From positions 5,502-69,501 of the forward strand of contig JBKPEA010000029.1 of assembly GCA_046728175.1 (NCBI GenBank): a stretch of 64,000 nt of DNA, read 5' to 3'. The DNA comes from Thermodesulfobacteriota bacterium (lineage in GTDB: Bacteria; Desulfobacterota; Binatia; Binatales; Binataceae). The notes under the pieces were generated by a model that was given only the letters and a program-made list of their open reading frames with translations, searched no databases and was not told the DNA's origin. Below are positions 36,671 through 45,636 of this stretch, piece after piece. Position 1 is the stretch's first letter; each line of letters opens with the position of its first letter. The translations under genes and the position numbers were made by a program.

Positions 36671-37708
36671 ATGTACGTTCTCGACAAGGGCACTCGTTTC
36701 GTCATCCCCCGCACCGAGATGACCTATCCCGGCCATAGCTTGAAGCTTCATCAGAACGCAGCCGACCCGGTGAAGGCTCCGGTCGACCACGTGATGGCGG
36801 ACTTCGAAGATGCGTGCCCATACGAGTTCAAGGGCGAAAAGAGCCGCAAGACCATGGTCGAGGCGCTCACCACGCTCGACTTCGGCAAGAAGGTCGTCAC
36901 CGTGCGTCCCAACAATATCCACTCGCCCTTCTTCAAGGGCGACATGGAGGCGGTGATGCTGGGAGCACCCAACTGCTTTCACGGGATCATGCTTCCCAAA
37001 ACGCGCGGCCCCGAGGAAATCAAGCAGGTTTCCCGACTGCTGGACGATTTGGAAAAGCGCGGCGGGTGGAAATATCGCGTGCAGATCGAGTCTCTGATCG
37101 AAACCCCGCACGCGCTGGTACACGCCTACGACATCGCGACGGCTTCCGACCGCATGTGCGGGCTGGTGTTCGGAATCGCCGACTTTGCCGCCAATCTCGG
37201 CATCCGCGAAATCGTCGAGGATCAACACATCAACTTCAACTATTCCAAGCAGGCCGTGGTGGTAGCCGCGAAGGCCGCGGGCTTACACGCGGTGGACAAC
37301 GTTTTCATCCGTATCTGGAAGAACACCGACACACCCGAACGCATCGAGCAGCTCAAGCGCCAGCTGCGCGCCAAAAATCTTGCCTCCGCGAACCTGGGCA
37401 TGGACGGCACCTGGGTGATTCATCCGCAGCAGGCCGAGATCGCGAACGCCTGCTTCACGCCAACTGCCGAGCAAATCGAAGAAGCGCGGCGCGTGGTGGC
37501 CCTGTATCATGAGAAGGGCGGCGGTTCGATGGCGGATCCCAAGACCGGCGAGATGATCGACGAGGCAACCATCAAGATCGCACTGATGGACCTGGCCAAG
37601 GGCGCCCAGGCGGGCCTGGTGTCGGATGCGGAACTGAGAGACTGGTCGGAGAAGAGCAAGGCCATCACCGGCTACGATATCCTCGAATTGATGCGCCGCG
37701 TTGCCTGA
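36671..37708 (+). CDS. HpcH/HpaI-CitE family acyl-CoA lyase (malyl-/beta-methylmalyl-/citramalyl-CoA lyase-like)
   Basis: The protein is 345 aa with DFEDACP, the CitE-like Asp/Glu metal site and C-terminal lid. It resembles the roughly 350-aa Chloroflexus-type Mcl more than the short CitE. Confidence 0.75.
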   Translation: MYVLDKGTRFVIPRTEMTYPGHSLKLHQNAADPVKAPVDHVMADFEDACPYEFKGEKSRKTMVEALTTLDFGKKVVTVRPNNIHSPFFKGDMEAVMLGAPNCFHGIMLPKTRGPEEIKQVSRLLDDLEKRGGWKYRVQIESLIETPHALVHAYDIATASDRMCGLVFGIADFAANLGIREIVEDQHINFNYSKQAVVVAAKAAGLHAVDNVFIRIWKNTDTPERIEQLKRQLRAKNLASANLGMDGTWVIHPQQAEIANACFTPTAEQIEEARRVVALYHEKGGGSMADPKTGEMIDEATIKIALMDLAKGAQAGLVSDAELRDWSEKSKAITGYDILELMRRVA

Positions 37709-37778
37709 AGGGCGAACTCCGCGAAATCCGGGTTTCGATCGATCGCCCTCTCCAACGCGCGCGGGGGAAAGTGAGTGC

Positions 37779-38398
37779 ATGGCGACTACCGTCCGGGTCA
37801 TCTTTTACAGCATGTACGGCCATATCTATCGGATGGCCGAAGCGGCCGCCGAGGCGGCCGGGCAGGTCGCCGGTGCGACGGCCGAGCTTTACCAGGTTCC
37901 GGAGCTGGTTCCTGAAGCGGCTTTACAGCGCACCGGAGCGGCGAAGGCCCGCGAGGCATTCGCGCACATCCCGGTCGCGAGCGTCGACCACCTGGCGAGT
38001 GCGGATGCGATTATCATCGGAACTCCGACCCGCTTCGGAAACATGTGAGCGCAGATGCGCAACTTTCTCGATCAGACCGGCGGTCTCGGGGTAAAGGGTG
38101 CACTGGCTGGCAAGGTCGGCAGTGTTTTTACCAGCACGGGGACTCAGCACGGCGGACAGGAAACCACAATCGTCAGCGTCCATTGGACTCTTCTGCATCA
38201 CGGCCTGATCATTGTGGGCGTGCCATACTCCGAGCCGGAGCTCGCGAACGTCAGATTGGCGGCGGTTCGCCCTATGGCGCGGGCACGCTGGCGGGTCCAG
38301 ACAGATCGCGGACACCTACCGACAACGAGCTTCGGATCGTGCGCGCACAGGTCCGTCGCGTTGCAGAGATCGCCAAGCGCCTCAAAGGCGAGAGCTGA
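37779..38398 (+). pseudogene. wrbA: wrbA (NAD(P)H:quinone oxidoreductase, flavodoxin-like) pseudogene with an in-frame TGA and a 1-nt frameshift
   Basis: The translation tracks E. coli WrbA residue by residue. VIFYSMYGHI matches [29 protein letters not shown] matches [20 protein letters not shown], where TGA at 38046-38048 replaces a Ser codon. The frame then shifts at about 38251 (ELANV|[12 protein letters not shown] against ELFDVSQVRGGTPYGATT). The C-terminus matches in the other frame. Confidence 0.8.
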
Positions 38399-38427
38399 TT
38401 GAAGATGTTTTTGCGCGGAGTGAGCCC

Positions 38428-39126
38428 ATGATTAAGGTTAAGAGAAGCAACCAGCGCGGACTTACCAAAATCGCCTGGCTGGACAGCCGGCATACGTTTT
38501 CGTTCGGTGACTACTATGACCCGTCGGCGACGGGTTTCTCGGTTCTGCGTGTGATCAACGAGGATCGTGTGGTCGGAGGCGGAGGCTTTCCAACCCATCC
38601 TCATCGCGACATGGAAATCGTCACCTGGGTGCTCGAAGGCGCGCTCGAGCATCGCGACAGCATCGGCAATGGATCGGTGATTCGACCGGGCGACGCGCAG
38701 CGGATGAGCGCGGGTCGTGGCATCCGCCACAGCGAGTTTAATGCCTCGCAGCAGACCCCGGTCCACTTCCTTCAGATCTGGCTGCTGCCGGCGGCGGTGG
38801 GGATCGACCCCGGTTACGAGCAGCGCAATTTTCCCGAGAGCACCCGCCGCGGCCGGTTGAGGTTGGTCGCCTCAGCCGACGGAGCCGACGATTCCATTAC
38901 AATCCACCAGGACGCGCGGATGTACGACGGCTTATTCGAGGCGGGCCAAGGGACCCTCCACCAGGTTCCAGCGCTGCGTCGTGTCTATCTGCAGGTGGCG
39001 TGCGGAAATGTGCAAGTGAATGAAGTCTCGTTGGGCGCAGGCGATGGCGCCGCCATCGAGAACGAGCGGAGCCTCGAGTTCAAAGCCGATTCCGATTCCG
39101 AGGTGGTCCTGTTCGACCTGCCCTGA
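38428..39126 (+). CDS. pirin family protein
   Basis: A bicupin with the HPHRDMEIVTWVLEG metal-binding motif. The protein is about 232 aa. Confidence 0.85.
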   Translation: MIKVKRSNQRGLTKIAWLDSRHTFSFGDYYDPSATGFSVLRVINEDRVVGGGGFPTHPHRDMEIVTWVLEGALEHRDSIGNGSVIRPGDAQRMSAGRGIRHSEFNASQQTPVHFLQIWLLPAAVGIDPGYEQRNFPESTRRGRLRLVASADGADDSITIHQDARMYDGLFEAGQGTLHQVPALRRVYLQVACGNVQVNEVSLGAGDGAAIENERSLEFKADSDSEVVLFDLP

Positions 39127-39418
39127 GTCTTCCGAACCGTACCGGCTGAAGCCGCAGCATTTCGGACACGCGGTTCACGGACCGAGCGCTCAAGCCGGGG
39201 TCCCGAAACCTTTCTTAGTCGTGGTTGGGAAGGTTAGACGCGTGCGGCGACTTGGGCCCTGGCCATCCAGGTGAGCGATCGAAAGATCTCGCTCGCCGGC
39301 GGAGTAGTCCTGCAAGCGAGCCTGCAGTCGGTGCGGGCCGGGCCGGCACACAACGCTTTCGCCTAAAAAGGGGTTCGCATTTGCATCGCATCAGCCACGC
39401 AATGCGAGGTTAATGGGC

Positions 39419-40471
39419 TCAGGGTACCGGGGCCGCGTTCAGCAGGCCGGCGGCCTCGTCGAACCCGAACATCACGTTGAGGTTCTGAATCGCTTGCCCG
39501 GCGGCGCCTTTGCCAAGGTTGTCGATCGCGGTGTTGACGATCAGAGTCTGGGTTCGCCGGTCGAGCACGAACGCGATTTCGCAGAAATTGGTGGCGCGCA
39601 CGTTGCGCAGCTCGGGCAGTTCTCCGGGTTTGAGCAGCCTGATGAACCGCGCCTTCGCAAAGCTCGCTTCGAATGCCGCCCGCACGTCTTCCTGGGTGGT
39701 GCCCGCACGCGGCCGCATGAACATCGTAGTCAGGATTCCGCGGGTTACCGGCAACAAATGCGGCACGAACACCACGGCGACTTCCCGGCCGAGGACAGAG
39801 CCGATTTCTTGCTCGATTTCGGGAGTATGGCGATGAGTTCCCACCTTGTACGCGCGGAAATTTTCATTAACTTCCGCGAACAGGTATTCAATCGCAGCCG
39901 TCCGACGGGCGCCCGTGGTTCCCGATTTTGCATCGATGACGATCGACCCCGGTTCGATCAGATCGCGGCGAATGAGCGGTATCAGCCCAAGCAGCGCACC
40001 CGTCGGGTAGCATCCCGGGTTAGCGACCAGGCGTGCTTCACGCAGTTCGCTGCGATGGAACTCCGTCAATCCGTACACCGCCTCTTTGACCAGGGCGGGA
40101 CCGGCATGATCGAACCCATAAGTAGCCCGATGGACCGCGGGGTCTTTGAGGCGGAAGTCGGCCGAAACGTCCACCACCTTGATACCGGACTGGACCAGGT
40201 CCGCAATCAGTTGAAAGCCCACTTTTTCGGGCAGGCACGAGATGACCGCGTCGGCGCGCCCAGCCAGGAAGCCGGGGCGGAGTTCCTCGAACGGCGGCAG
40301 ATCGGTGCCGTCCATGTGGTGATAGACGTCCGCCACTTCGCGTCCCGCATAGTGCTCGGAGGTGAGAGCGGAGATTTCGACGAACGGATGCGCAGCCAGG
40401 ATGCGAACCGCTTCGATCCCGGAGTAGCCGGAAGCGCCTACTACTGCGACGCGGATCCTGTCATCTGCCAT
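39419..40471 (-). CDS. argC: N-acetyl-gamma-glutamyl-phosphate reductase
   Basis: VAVVGASGYSG is present and ANPGCYPT is the active-site Cys. A GAGGAAG ribosome-binding site precedes the ATG at 40471. The ORF track extends it to 40525. Confidence 0.9.
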   Translation of the reverse strand: MADDRIRVAVVGASGYSGIEAVRILAAHPFVEISALTSEHYAGREVADVYHHMDGTDLPPFEELRPGFLAGRADAVISCLPEKVGFQLIADLVQSGIKVVDVSADFRLKDPAVHRATYGFDHAGPALVKEAVYGLTEFHRSELREARLVANPGCYPTGALLGLIPLIRRDLIEPGSIVIDAKSGTTGARRTAAIEYLFAEVNENFRAYKVGTHRHTPEIEQEIGSVLGREVAVVFVPHLLPVTRGILTTMFMRPRAGTTQEDVRAAFEASFAKARFIRLLKPGELPELRNVRATNFCEIAFVLDRRTQTLIVNTAIDNLGKGAAGQAIQNLNVMFGFDEAAGLLNAAPVP

Positions 40472-40546
40472 AGAAGCTTCCTCGACACTGCGGTCGGCGC
40501 GCGATCGGTTTAACCCAACTATCATGAATCCGAAACCTTAACCAGT

Positions 40547-42769
40547 TCACTTGGTTTCGAATTCAAAAACCATCTCGCGCGGTGGCTCGTCACGCGATTC
40601 ATTGAGTTTCGCCAGGTAAAGACTGACAACCTCGTCGTCGGGGCGAGCTGCGAGCATCTCTTCGAGCTGTACTCTGGCCTGGTCGGCATCGCCGCCCTTC
40701 AAGAGTTCGACGGTGCGCTCGAACTTATCGTAAAAGGTGGGATCGACTCCGTCATCGCGGCGTCCCACCACCTCCACTATCGCCACCAAGCTTTCCTTTC
40801 CCTTGACCTTCACCAGACCGATGTCGCGCGCGATGTATGGCCCGTCCGCCTCGCCGAAGGCATCTTTGCTTACCAGGAACCGCACCCTGAATTTTCGCGT
40901 AAGACCTTCGAGCCGGGACGCGAAGTTAACGCTGTCGCCAATAAGCGAATAATCGAAGCGGCGTTCTCCGCCAAAATTGCCGGCTATCGGATCTCCGGTG
41001 GCGATGCCGATACCGACCTCGAGATTCAGAAAGCGGGGGTCCTCCTTGCGCAGGCTTTCCAGCGCCGCGCCCATTTGCAGTGCCGCGTCGATGGCGCGAC
41101 GGGCCGGGTTTTCCACTTCATAGGGAGCACCCCAGAAGGCCATGATGCCATCGCCCATCAGCTTGTCCACCACGCCGCCGCTTTCCAGGATGATGTTGGT
41201 CATCCGGGTCATGTACACGTGAAGCATCGCGACCAGCTGCACCGGATCGGACCGTTCAGCCAGAGAGGTAAATCCGACGATGTCAGCGAACAGGATTGAC
41301 ACGTGACGCCGCTCGCCGCCTAACCTGAGTCCCTCAGGGTTATCGACCACGCTCGCGATCACATCGGGATGCAAATAGTGCTCGAAGACGTGACGCAGAT
41401 GGCCTTTTTCACGGCCTTCGGTGATGTAGCGATAGCCAAGCAGGATGACTACGGCGCCGCCGGTTATAACAAGTGGCAGAACCATGCCGAGCATCACGCC
41501 GCGCTTTAGCAACATGAACTGCGCGAACCCGAAGTAGCTTCCAGTGAGCACCAGCATTGCCGCGACCGACCAGGCAGCACTCAGCCAAGCCGTAACCACC
41601 GATACGCCGATGCCAAGCAGCACGGCCCACACTCGTTCCATCACCAAGGTTTCGGTCTTCGAGTAATGAACGAAATCGCGGCTCAGAATGGTCTCGATCG
41701 CATTAGCGTGCATTTCGACCCGCGGATATTCGTTGCCGACAGGTGTGACCGCGCGATCTCCGAGTCCAGCGCCGGTGACTCCGACCACCGCAATCTTGCC
41801 GGCCAGATCATCGGCGTTCGCGAGATGATTGATCACGTCGGACGCAGAGTACTGAGGGATGGTGCCGACCGGACGGTAGGTCACCATCATCCGTCCCAAT
41901 TCATCCACCGGAATATTGGTGTCGCCGAGTACTGCCTGCGTGATTCCTGCGGCGCCGATCGTCAGTTCGCGTGGCGGCTGATTTTCGTACGCCCACACTG
42001 CGGCGATAAAAAGCGGCGCCCACTGCCGGCCATCGAAACTGATCGCCGTCATCTCGCGACGAAAAAGACCGTCGTCATCGCTATCGGCGTCTACGAAGGC
42101 GGCTTTTTTCGCCGCGTTGGTCAAGACCTGGAGCGGAGGGCGGTAACCTCCCGCGGATATCAATTTAGGTGCCACCCCGGGCTCGGTTTTTACGTTCCAT
42201 GACATCGGTCTCGGATCGATAACCCTGGTTAAAAAGTCGGCCTGGGTGGTGGGCGGGGCCGCACCTACCATATGGTCAGAGAAGTTATAGGCGAGGATGG
42301 TCCTGCCGTGGGCTCGAATCGCGTCGGCAAACAGCTGATCGTTGTTGGTTCCCAGGATCCCGTGGATCTGCTGGTTGGTGACGTGCAAGGTCTTCAGCTT
42401 GACGGTCAAGGCATCGCGTTCGACATCAACCGGATCGGGCTCGGTAAACAAGACATCGTACGCGACCACTTTGACTTTATAGTCGATGAATCCGTGCTCG
42501 AGAGTTGCAAGGGTCCACCGATCCCAGGGCCAGTGGCCACTCTGCTGGATGCTTTTGTCGTCAATCGCGACGATCACCACTTTGTTCGAGAATGGGCGAG
42601 GAGACCTCGCGCGAAGCCGCGCGTCGGAGACTTTGAGTTCAAGACTGACCAGCAGCCGGGGGTATGCGGCAAAGAACAGCAGAAACCCCGCGGTGACCGC
42701 GAGGCCGAGGACAAAGGTGGTCCAGTGAAACCTGCGGCCTGGTCGCCGCTTCTTCGGCATTTCAGGCAT
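40547..42769 (-). CDS. CHASE2 sensor domain-containing class III adenylate/guanylate cyclase
   Basis: The protein is 740 aa. It has an N-terminal TM, a periplasmic CHASE2-like domain of about 350 aa (VIVAIDDKSIQ...) and TM helices. The C-terminal CYCc domain has FADIVGFTSL, DKLMGDGIMAFWGAP and GDSVNFASRLEG. Confidence 0.85.
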   Translation of the reverse strand: MPEMPKKRRPGRRFHWTTFVLGLAVTAGFLLFFAAYPRLLVSLELKVSDARLRARSPRPFSNKVVIVAIDDKSIQQSGHWPWDRWTLATLEHGFIDYKVKVVAYDVLFTEPDPVDVERDALTVKLKTLHVTNQQIHGILGTNNDQLFADAIRAHGRTILAYNFSDHMVGAAPPTTQADFLTRVIDPRPMSWNVKTEPGVAPKLISAGGYRPPLQVLTNAAKKAAFVDADSDDDGLFRREMTAISFDGRQWAPLFIAAVWAYENQPPRELTIGAAGITQAVLGDTNIPVDELGRMMVTYRPVGTIPQYSASDVINHLANADDLAGKIAVVGVTGAGLGDRAVTPVGNEYPRVEMHANAIETILSRDFVHYSKTETLVMERVWAVLLGIGVSVVTAWLSAAWSVAAMLVLTGSYFGFAQFMLLKRGVMLGMVLPLVITGGAVVILLGYRYITEGREKGHLRHVFEHYLHPDVIASVVDNPEGLRLGGERRHVSILFADIVGFTSLAERSDPVQLVAMLHVYMTRMTNIILESGGVVDKLMGDGIMAFWGAPYEVENPARRAIDAALQMGAALESLRKEDPRFLNLEVGIGIATGDPIAGNFGGERRFDYSLIGDSVNFASRLEGLTRKFRVRFLVSKDAFGEADGPYIARDIGLVKVKGKESLVAIVEVVGRRDDGVDPTFYDKFERTVELLKGGDADQARVQLEEMLAARPDDEVVSLYLAKLNESRDEPPREMVFEFETK

Positions 42770-42870
42770 CTATCTCCAGCCGCTGACTGGAAAGACTAAC
42801 GTGCCGCTGGCGGACGCGCCATGCCCGCCGCAGATCGCTGCAAGCCTGACACAATCCCCTTTGTAGGGGC

Positions 42871-43635
42871 TTATTCGAAAATGGTGAGCTGTTTATAGAT
42901 GCTTAGCTGGCCGTATTGATGCGCCGCGCCATAGCCGGCCTGCACGCTGATCCCGACGTTCCACGGTCGATAGTACACGCCGAGGTCGGGTCCCCCCTGG
43001 CCTTCGACGCCGCTAATAAAGCCGCCGCCGTAGATGGCGCCACCACCACCCGCCATGAAGATCCATTTCCGGGTCGACCGGACGATGGCTTGCAAATCGA
43101 TCGAGCTGGAGGTGACGCCGTTTTCGTAATTGTGGACGGACGAGAATGAAAAATTGAACGGATGCAGACTGTGTAAAAATAGCCAGCTCGAGAAGTCGCC
43201 TTCCACGGTGCTCGCATGGCTGTCGGCGGCATCGCGACCGCCGAGAATAAAAAGATGAGTGCCCGGGTAAAGGATAAAGTCAGCTCCGCCCTGAAAGCGC
43301 ACGAAGTTAAGCCGGGCCTGATGTCCGGTGCCGGGATTTAGCGGATTGTCGAAGCCCTCACCCTCCCACAGCTGGTAGCCGGTAATGCGTCCCACTGCTC
43401 CGATGTAAGGGGTAACGCTTTGCTCGACTTGCAGGCCTTCCTGCAGGTCCCCGTACTTGTCGCTGATGAAGCCCCCGCCGAAAAAATTCAGATTCAGGGT
43501 GGGTGGTTCCTGGAGCCTGAAGAACCCAGGGTATAGGTCGTCAAAGAAGCTTTGCGCTGATGCCGCCGTTGCAAAGGCGATCACGACGACGAAACCCGCC
43601 AGCGAACAGCTGAGTCTGAGCGTCAGCTTGTGCAT
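42871..43635 (-). CDS. hypothetical secreted/outer-membrane beta-barrel-like protein (Gly/aromatic-rich)
   Basis: It has a signal peptide (MHKLTLRLSCSLAGFVVVIAFATAASAQS), Gly-rich beta-strand-like repeats and a C-terminal aromatic (…IFE). The alternative start at 43653 abuts the fecR-like stop. Confidence 0.5.
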   Translation of the reverse strand: MHKLTLRLSCSLAGFVVVIAFATAASAQSFFDDLYPGFFRLQEPPTLNLNFFGGGFISDKYGDLQEGLQVEQSVTPYIGAVGRITGYQLWEGEGFDNPLNPGTGHQARLNFVRFQGGADFILYPGTHLFILGGRDAADSHASTVEGDFSSWLFLHSLHPFNFSFSSVHNYENGVTSSSIDLQAIVRSTRKWIFMAGGGGAIYGGGFISGVEGQGGPDLGVYYRPWNVGISVQAGYGAAHQYGQLSIYKQLTIFE

Positions 43636-43654
43636 CGCAGTCCTCACAACCATC

Positions 43655-44440
43655 CTATTTTCCGCTCGCAGGAGGAGTCGTTGTGCTCGGACCCATCGAC
43701 GGTCCGACGCATACCGGGCACGAGGGTGGAGGCACCGTCGACACCGGCGTTATGTTCCCAGTGCTCCCCGGACCGCCGGGAGTGCTGAAAGCCGTGGCCC
43801 CGGTCATTCCGAGTGGTCCGGGCGAAGTAGCGTTATTCGTGCCTGCAACCGTGGATTCGTAACCGGCCGGGACGTTGGTAAAGGCGGTCGGATTGGCGGC
43901 ATTGGCAACATCCACTGAGCCGTCATAAACGGAGACGTCCGTAAAATCGTGAGCGTTGCCAAAGGTCGGACGTGAAACATTCGAAGTAAATGCGGTGTCG
44001 AACAGGGTGCCTCTGGCAGCCGCGACCGCGTTCGGCGTGTGCACCTCGAAATTGGGCGCCGCGGCGCCTACGGTCCGGTTGACGAACGATCGCACCACAC
44101 CACTGGCGAGGTTTACCTGGGTAGCAGCACCAGCGTGCTGCGTGATGACCACATTGCTGGAGTCGCTCAGTTCCAGCGTGCTTTGGTCGGTGAGCAGGAC
44201 CAGAACGTGCCCATTATCACCAGTAATGATTCGGTCACCGACTTCTACCGGCATCCCACGGGTCACCGGGATGGTCGCTGCCCCGCGCTGGACCTGTACG
44301 GTCCCCGAAACCTCGCTCACGGTGCCGGCGTTTGCCCCCTGGGCGAACACATTCGCCGGCCGCAGCATGAGCAGGACAATGAAAGCGAAAAACAGCCATA
44401 GCGATTGATGCGTAGGCTGGTGAACACGAATTGAACGCAT
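43655..44440 (-). CDS. FecR domain-containing secreted protein with Pro/Thr-rich C-terminus
   Basis: It has a signal peptide and the FecR-like pattern GTVSEVSGTVQVQRGAATIPVTRGMPVEVGDRIITGDNGHVLVLLTDQSTLELSDSS. An AAGGA ribosome-binding site is present. Confidence 0.7.
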   Translation of the reverse strand: MRSIRVHQPTHQSLWLFFAFIVLLMLRPANVFAQGANAGTVSEVSGTVQVQRGAATIPVTRGMPVEVGDRIITGDNGHVLVLLTDQSTLELSDSSNVVITQHAGAATQVNLASGVVRSFVNRTVGAAAPNFEVHTPNAVAAARGTLFDTAFTSNVSRPTFGNAHDFTDVSVYDGSVDVANAANPTAFTNVPAGYESTVAGTNNATSPGPLGMTGATAFSTPGGPGSTGNITPVSTVPPPSCPVCVGPSMGPSTTTPPASGK

Positions 44441-44570
44441 GTGGTTGTTCCTTCGCTGCTCAACGCATCCTTCTATTCGCCGCGGTGGAGACTGTCAATC
44501 CAAGCTGAAGGCTGGTCGGCCAAGTAAACTTCAGCACCGGTCCTCTATAGGACGCTCAGTAGCAGTCTCA

Positions 44571-44593
44571 GGCCGGAACTCATCGTTCCGGTC
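44571..44593. terminator. GC hairpin (GGCCGGAAC-tcatc-GTTCCGGTC) followed by a T-rich tract on the plus strand
   Basis: It is read from the sequence. It is located 33-55 bp downstream of the rpsI stop. Its orientation favours a plus-strand intrinsic terminator, so it may be a bidirectional terminator or the 3' end of a small RNA. Confidence 0.3.
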
Positions 44594-44625
44594 TGTCTGT
44601 AAATTTTGCGTTTGCGGTTTTCGGA

Positions 44626-45024
44626 CTAGCGCTTCGAGTATTGCGGACGCTTGCGTGCCTTGTGGCGGCCGTACTTCTTGCGCTCGACCTCGCGCGGGTC
44701 GCGAGTGAGCATACCGGCCTTGCGTAGCGCCGGGCGGAGCGTCTCGGAAGAGGCGACCAATGCGCGCGAGATGCCGTGGCGCACCGCGTCCGCCTGCGCC
44801 GCGTTGCCGCCGCCTTCGACGCTAACCACGATGTCGAATTGCCCTTTGGTTTCCGTGATTTCGAAGGGCTCCAGAATCAGCATGCGCGAGGTGTCGCGGG
44901 GGAAATAGTCTTCCAGTGAGCGTTGGTTAATCAGGATGGTACCCGCGCCCGGGAACAACCGCACTCGCGCGACTGCGGTCTTGCGGCGTCCCGTAGTCCA
45001 GATAATGTGCTTTTTCTCTGCCAT
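44626..45024 (-). CDS. rpsI: 30S ribosomal protein S9
   Basis: [11 protein letters not shown] is present and the C-terminal [11 protein letters not shown] is present. Confidence 0.95.
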   Translation of the reverse strand: MAEKKHIIWTTGRRKTAVARVRLFPGAGTILINQRSLEDYFPRDTSRMLILEPFEITETKGQFDIVVSVEGGGNAAQADAVRHGISRALVASSETLRPALRKAGMLTRDPREVERKKYGRHKARKRPQYSKR

Positions 45025-45046
45025 GTGAATGGTTTAACGTCCTCGA

Positions 45047-45493
45047 TTAGAGCTTGACGGGCTGCGGCTTCTGGGCAATGTGAGGATGTTCTGCGCCGCC
45101 GTACACCTTGAGCTTCGTGAAGAGTCGCCGCCCCAGGCGATTTTTGGGCAGCATCCCTCGAACCGCGGTTTCGACCAGCCGCTCGGGTTTCGACTCGCGC
45201 AGCTTGCCTGCCGTCGTCATCTTGATACCCCCAGGGTACTCGGTGTGCCGATGATAGATTTTGTCGCTTTCCTTGGCGCCGGTCAGTTTGACCTTGGCTG
45301 CATTGATGACGACCACGAAGTCTCCGGTATCCTGGTTGGGAGTAAATTCGGGCCGGTGTTTTCCGCGCAGCAGGCTCGCGGCGCGTGTTGCCACCCGTCC
45401 CAGCGAACGGTCGGCCGCGTCGATCAATAGCCACCGCCGGTTACGGAGCGCTGCCTCGTGCGACACGCTTTCAGTCTGCTCGGTCAGTTTCAC
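45047..45493 (-). CDS. rplM: 50S ribosomal protein L13
   Basis: The protein aligns to E. coli L13 throughout (GRLATRAASLLRGKH, GMLPKNRLGR, KLKVYGG). Confidence 0.95.
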   Translation of the reverse strand: MKLTEQTESVSHEAALRNRRWLLIDAADRSLGRVATRAASLLRGKHRPEFTPNQDTGDFVVVINAAKVKLTGAKESDKIYHRHTEYPGGIKMTTAGKLRESKPERLVETAVRGMLPKNRLGRRLFTKLKVYGGAEHPHIAQKPQPVKL

Positions 45494-45558
45494 TTCTTAC
45501 CACCTGCCCGCGGAGTCGGGACGAACGCACGCAAGATCCCGCACCGCGCAATCCGGTT

Positions 45559-45636
45559 TGGCGGGGCCGATGGGATTTGAACCCACGACTTCCGACGTGA
45601 CAGGCCGGCGTTCTAACCGGGCTGAACTACGACCCC
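45559..45636 (-). tRNA. tRNA-Asp (anticodon GTC)
   Basis: A cloverleaf was folded by hand. The acceptor is GGGGTCG/CGGCCCC, the D-arm is GTTC-AGCCCGGTTA-GAAC, the anticodon loop is CTGTCAC, the T-arm is GTGGG-TTCAAAT-CCCAT, the discriminator is G, and the CCA is encoded. Confidence 0.85.

Noticed and set aside
38046-38048. In-frame TGA in wrbA as possible selenocysteine or stop-codon recoding
   Set aside because: WrbA has no known Sec form, and the aligned residue is Ser, not Cys. TGA terminates neighbouring genes. A second lesion, the frameshift, follows. A pseudogene is the simpler explanation.
39413-40513. 366-aa plus-strand ORF
   Set aside because: It is antisense to argC, which has its active-site and Rossmann motifs intact.
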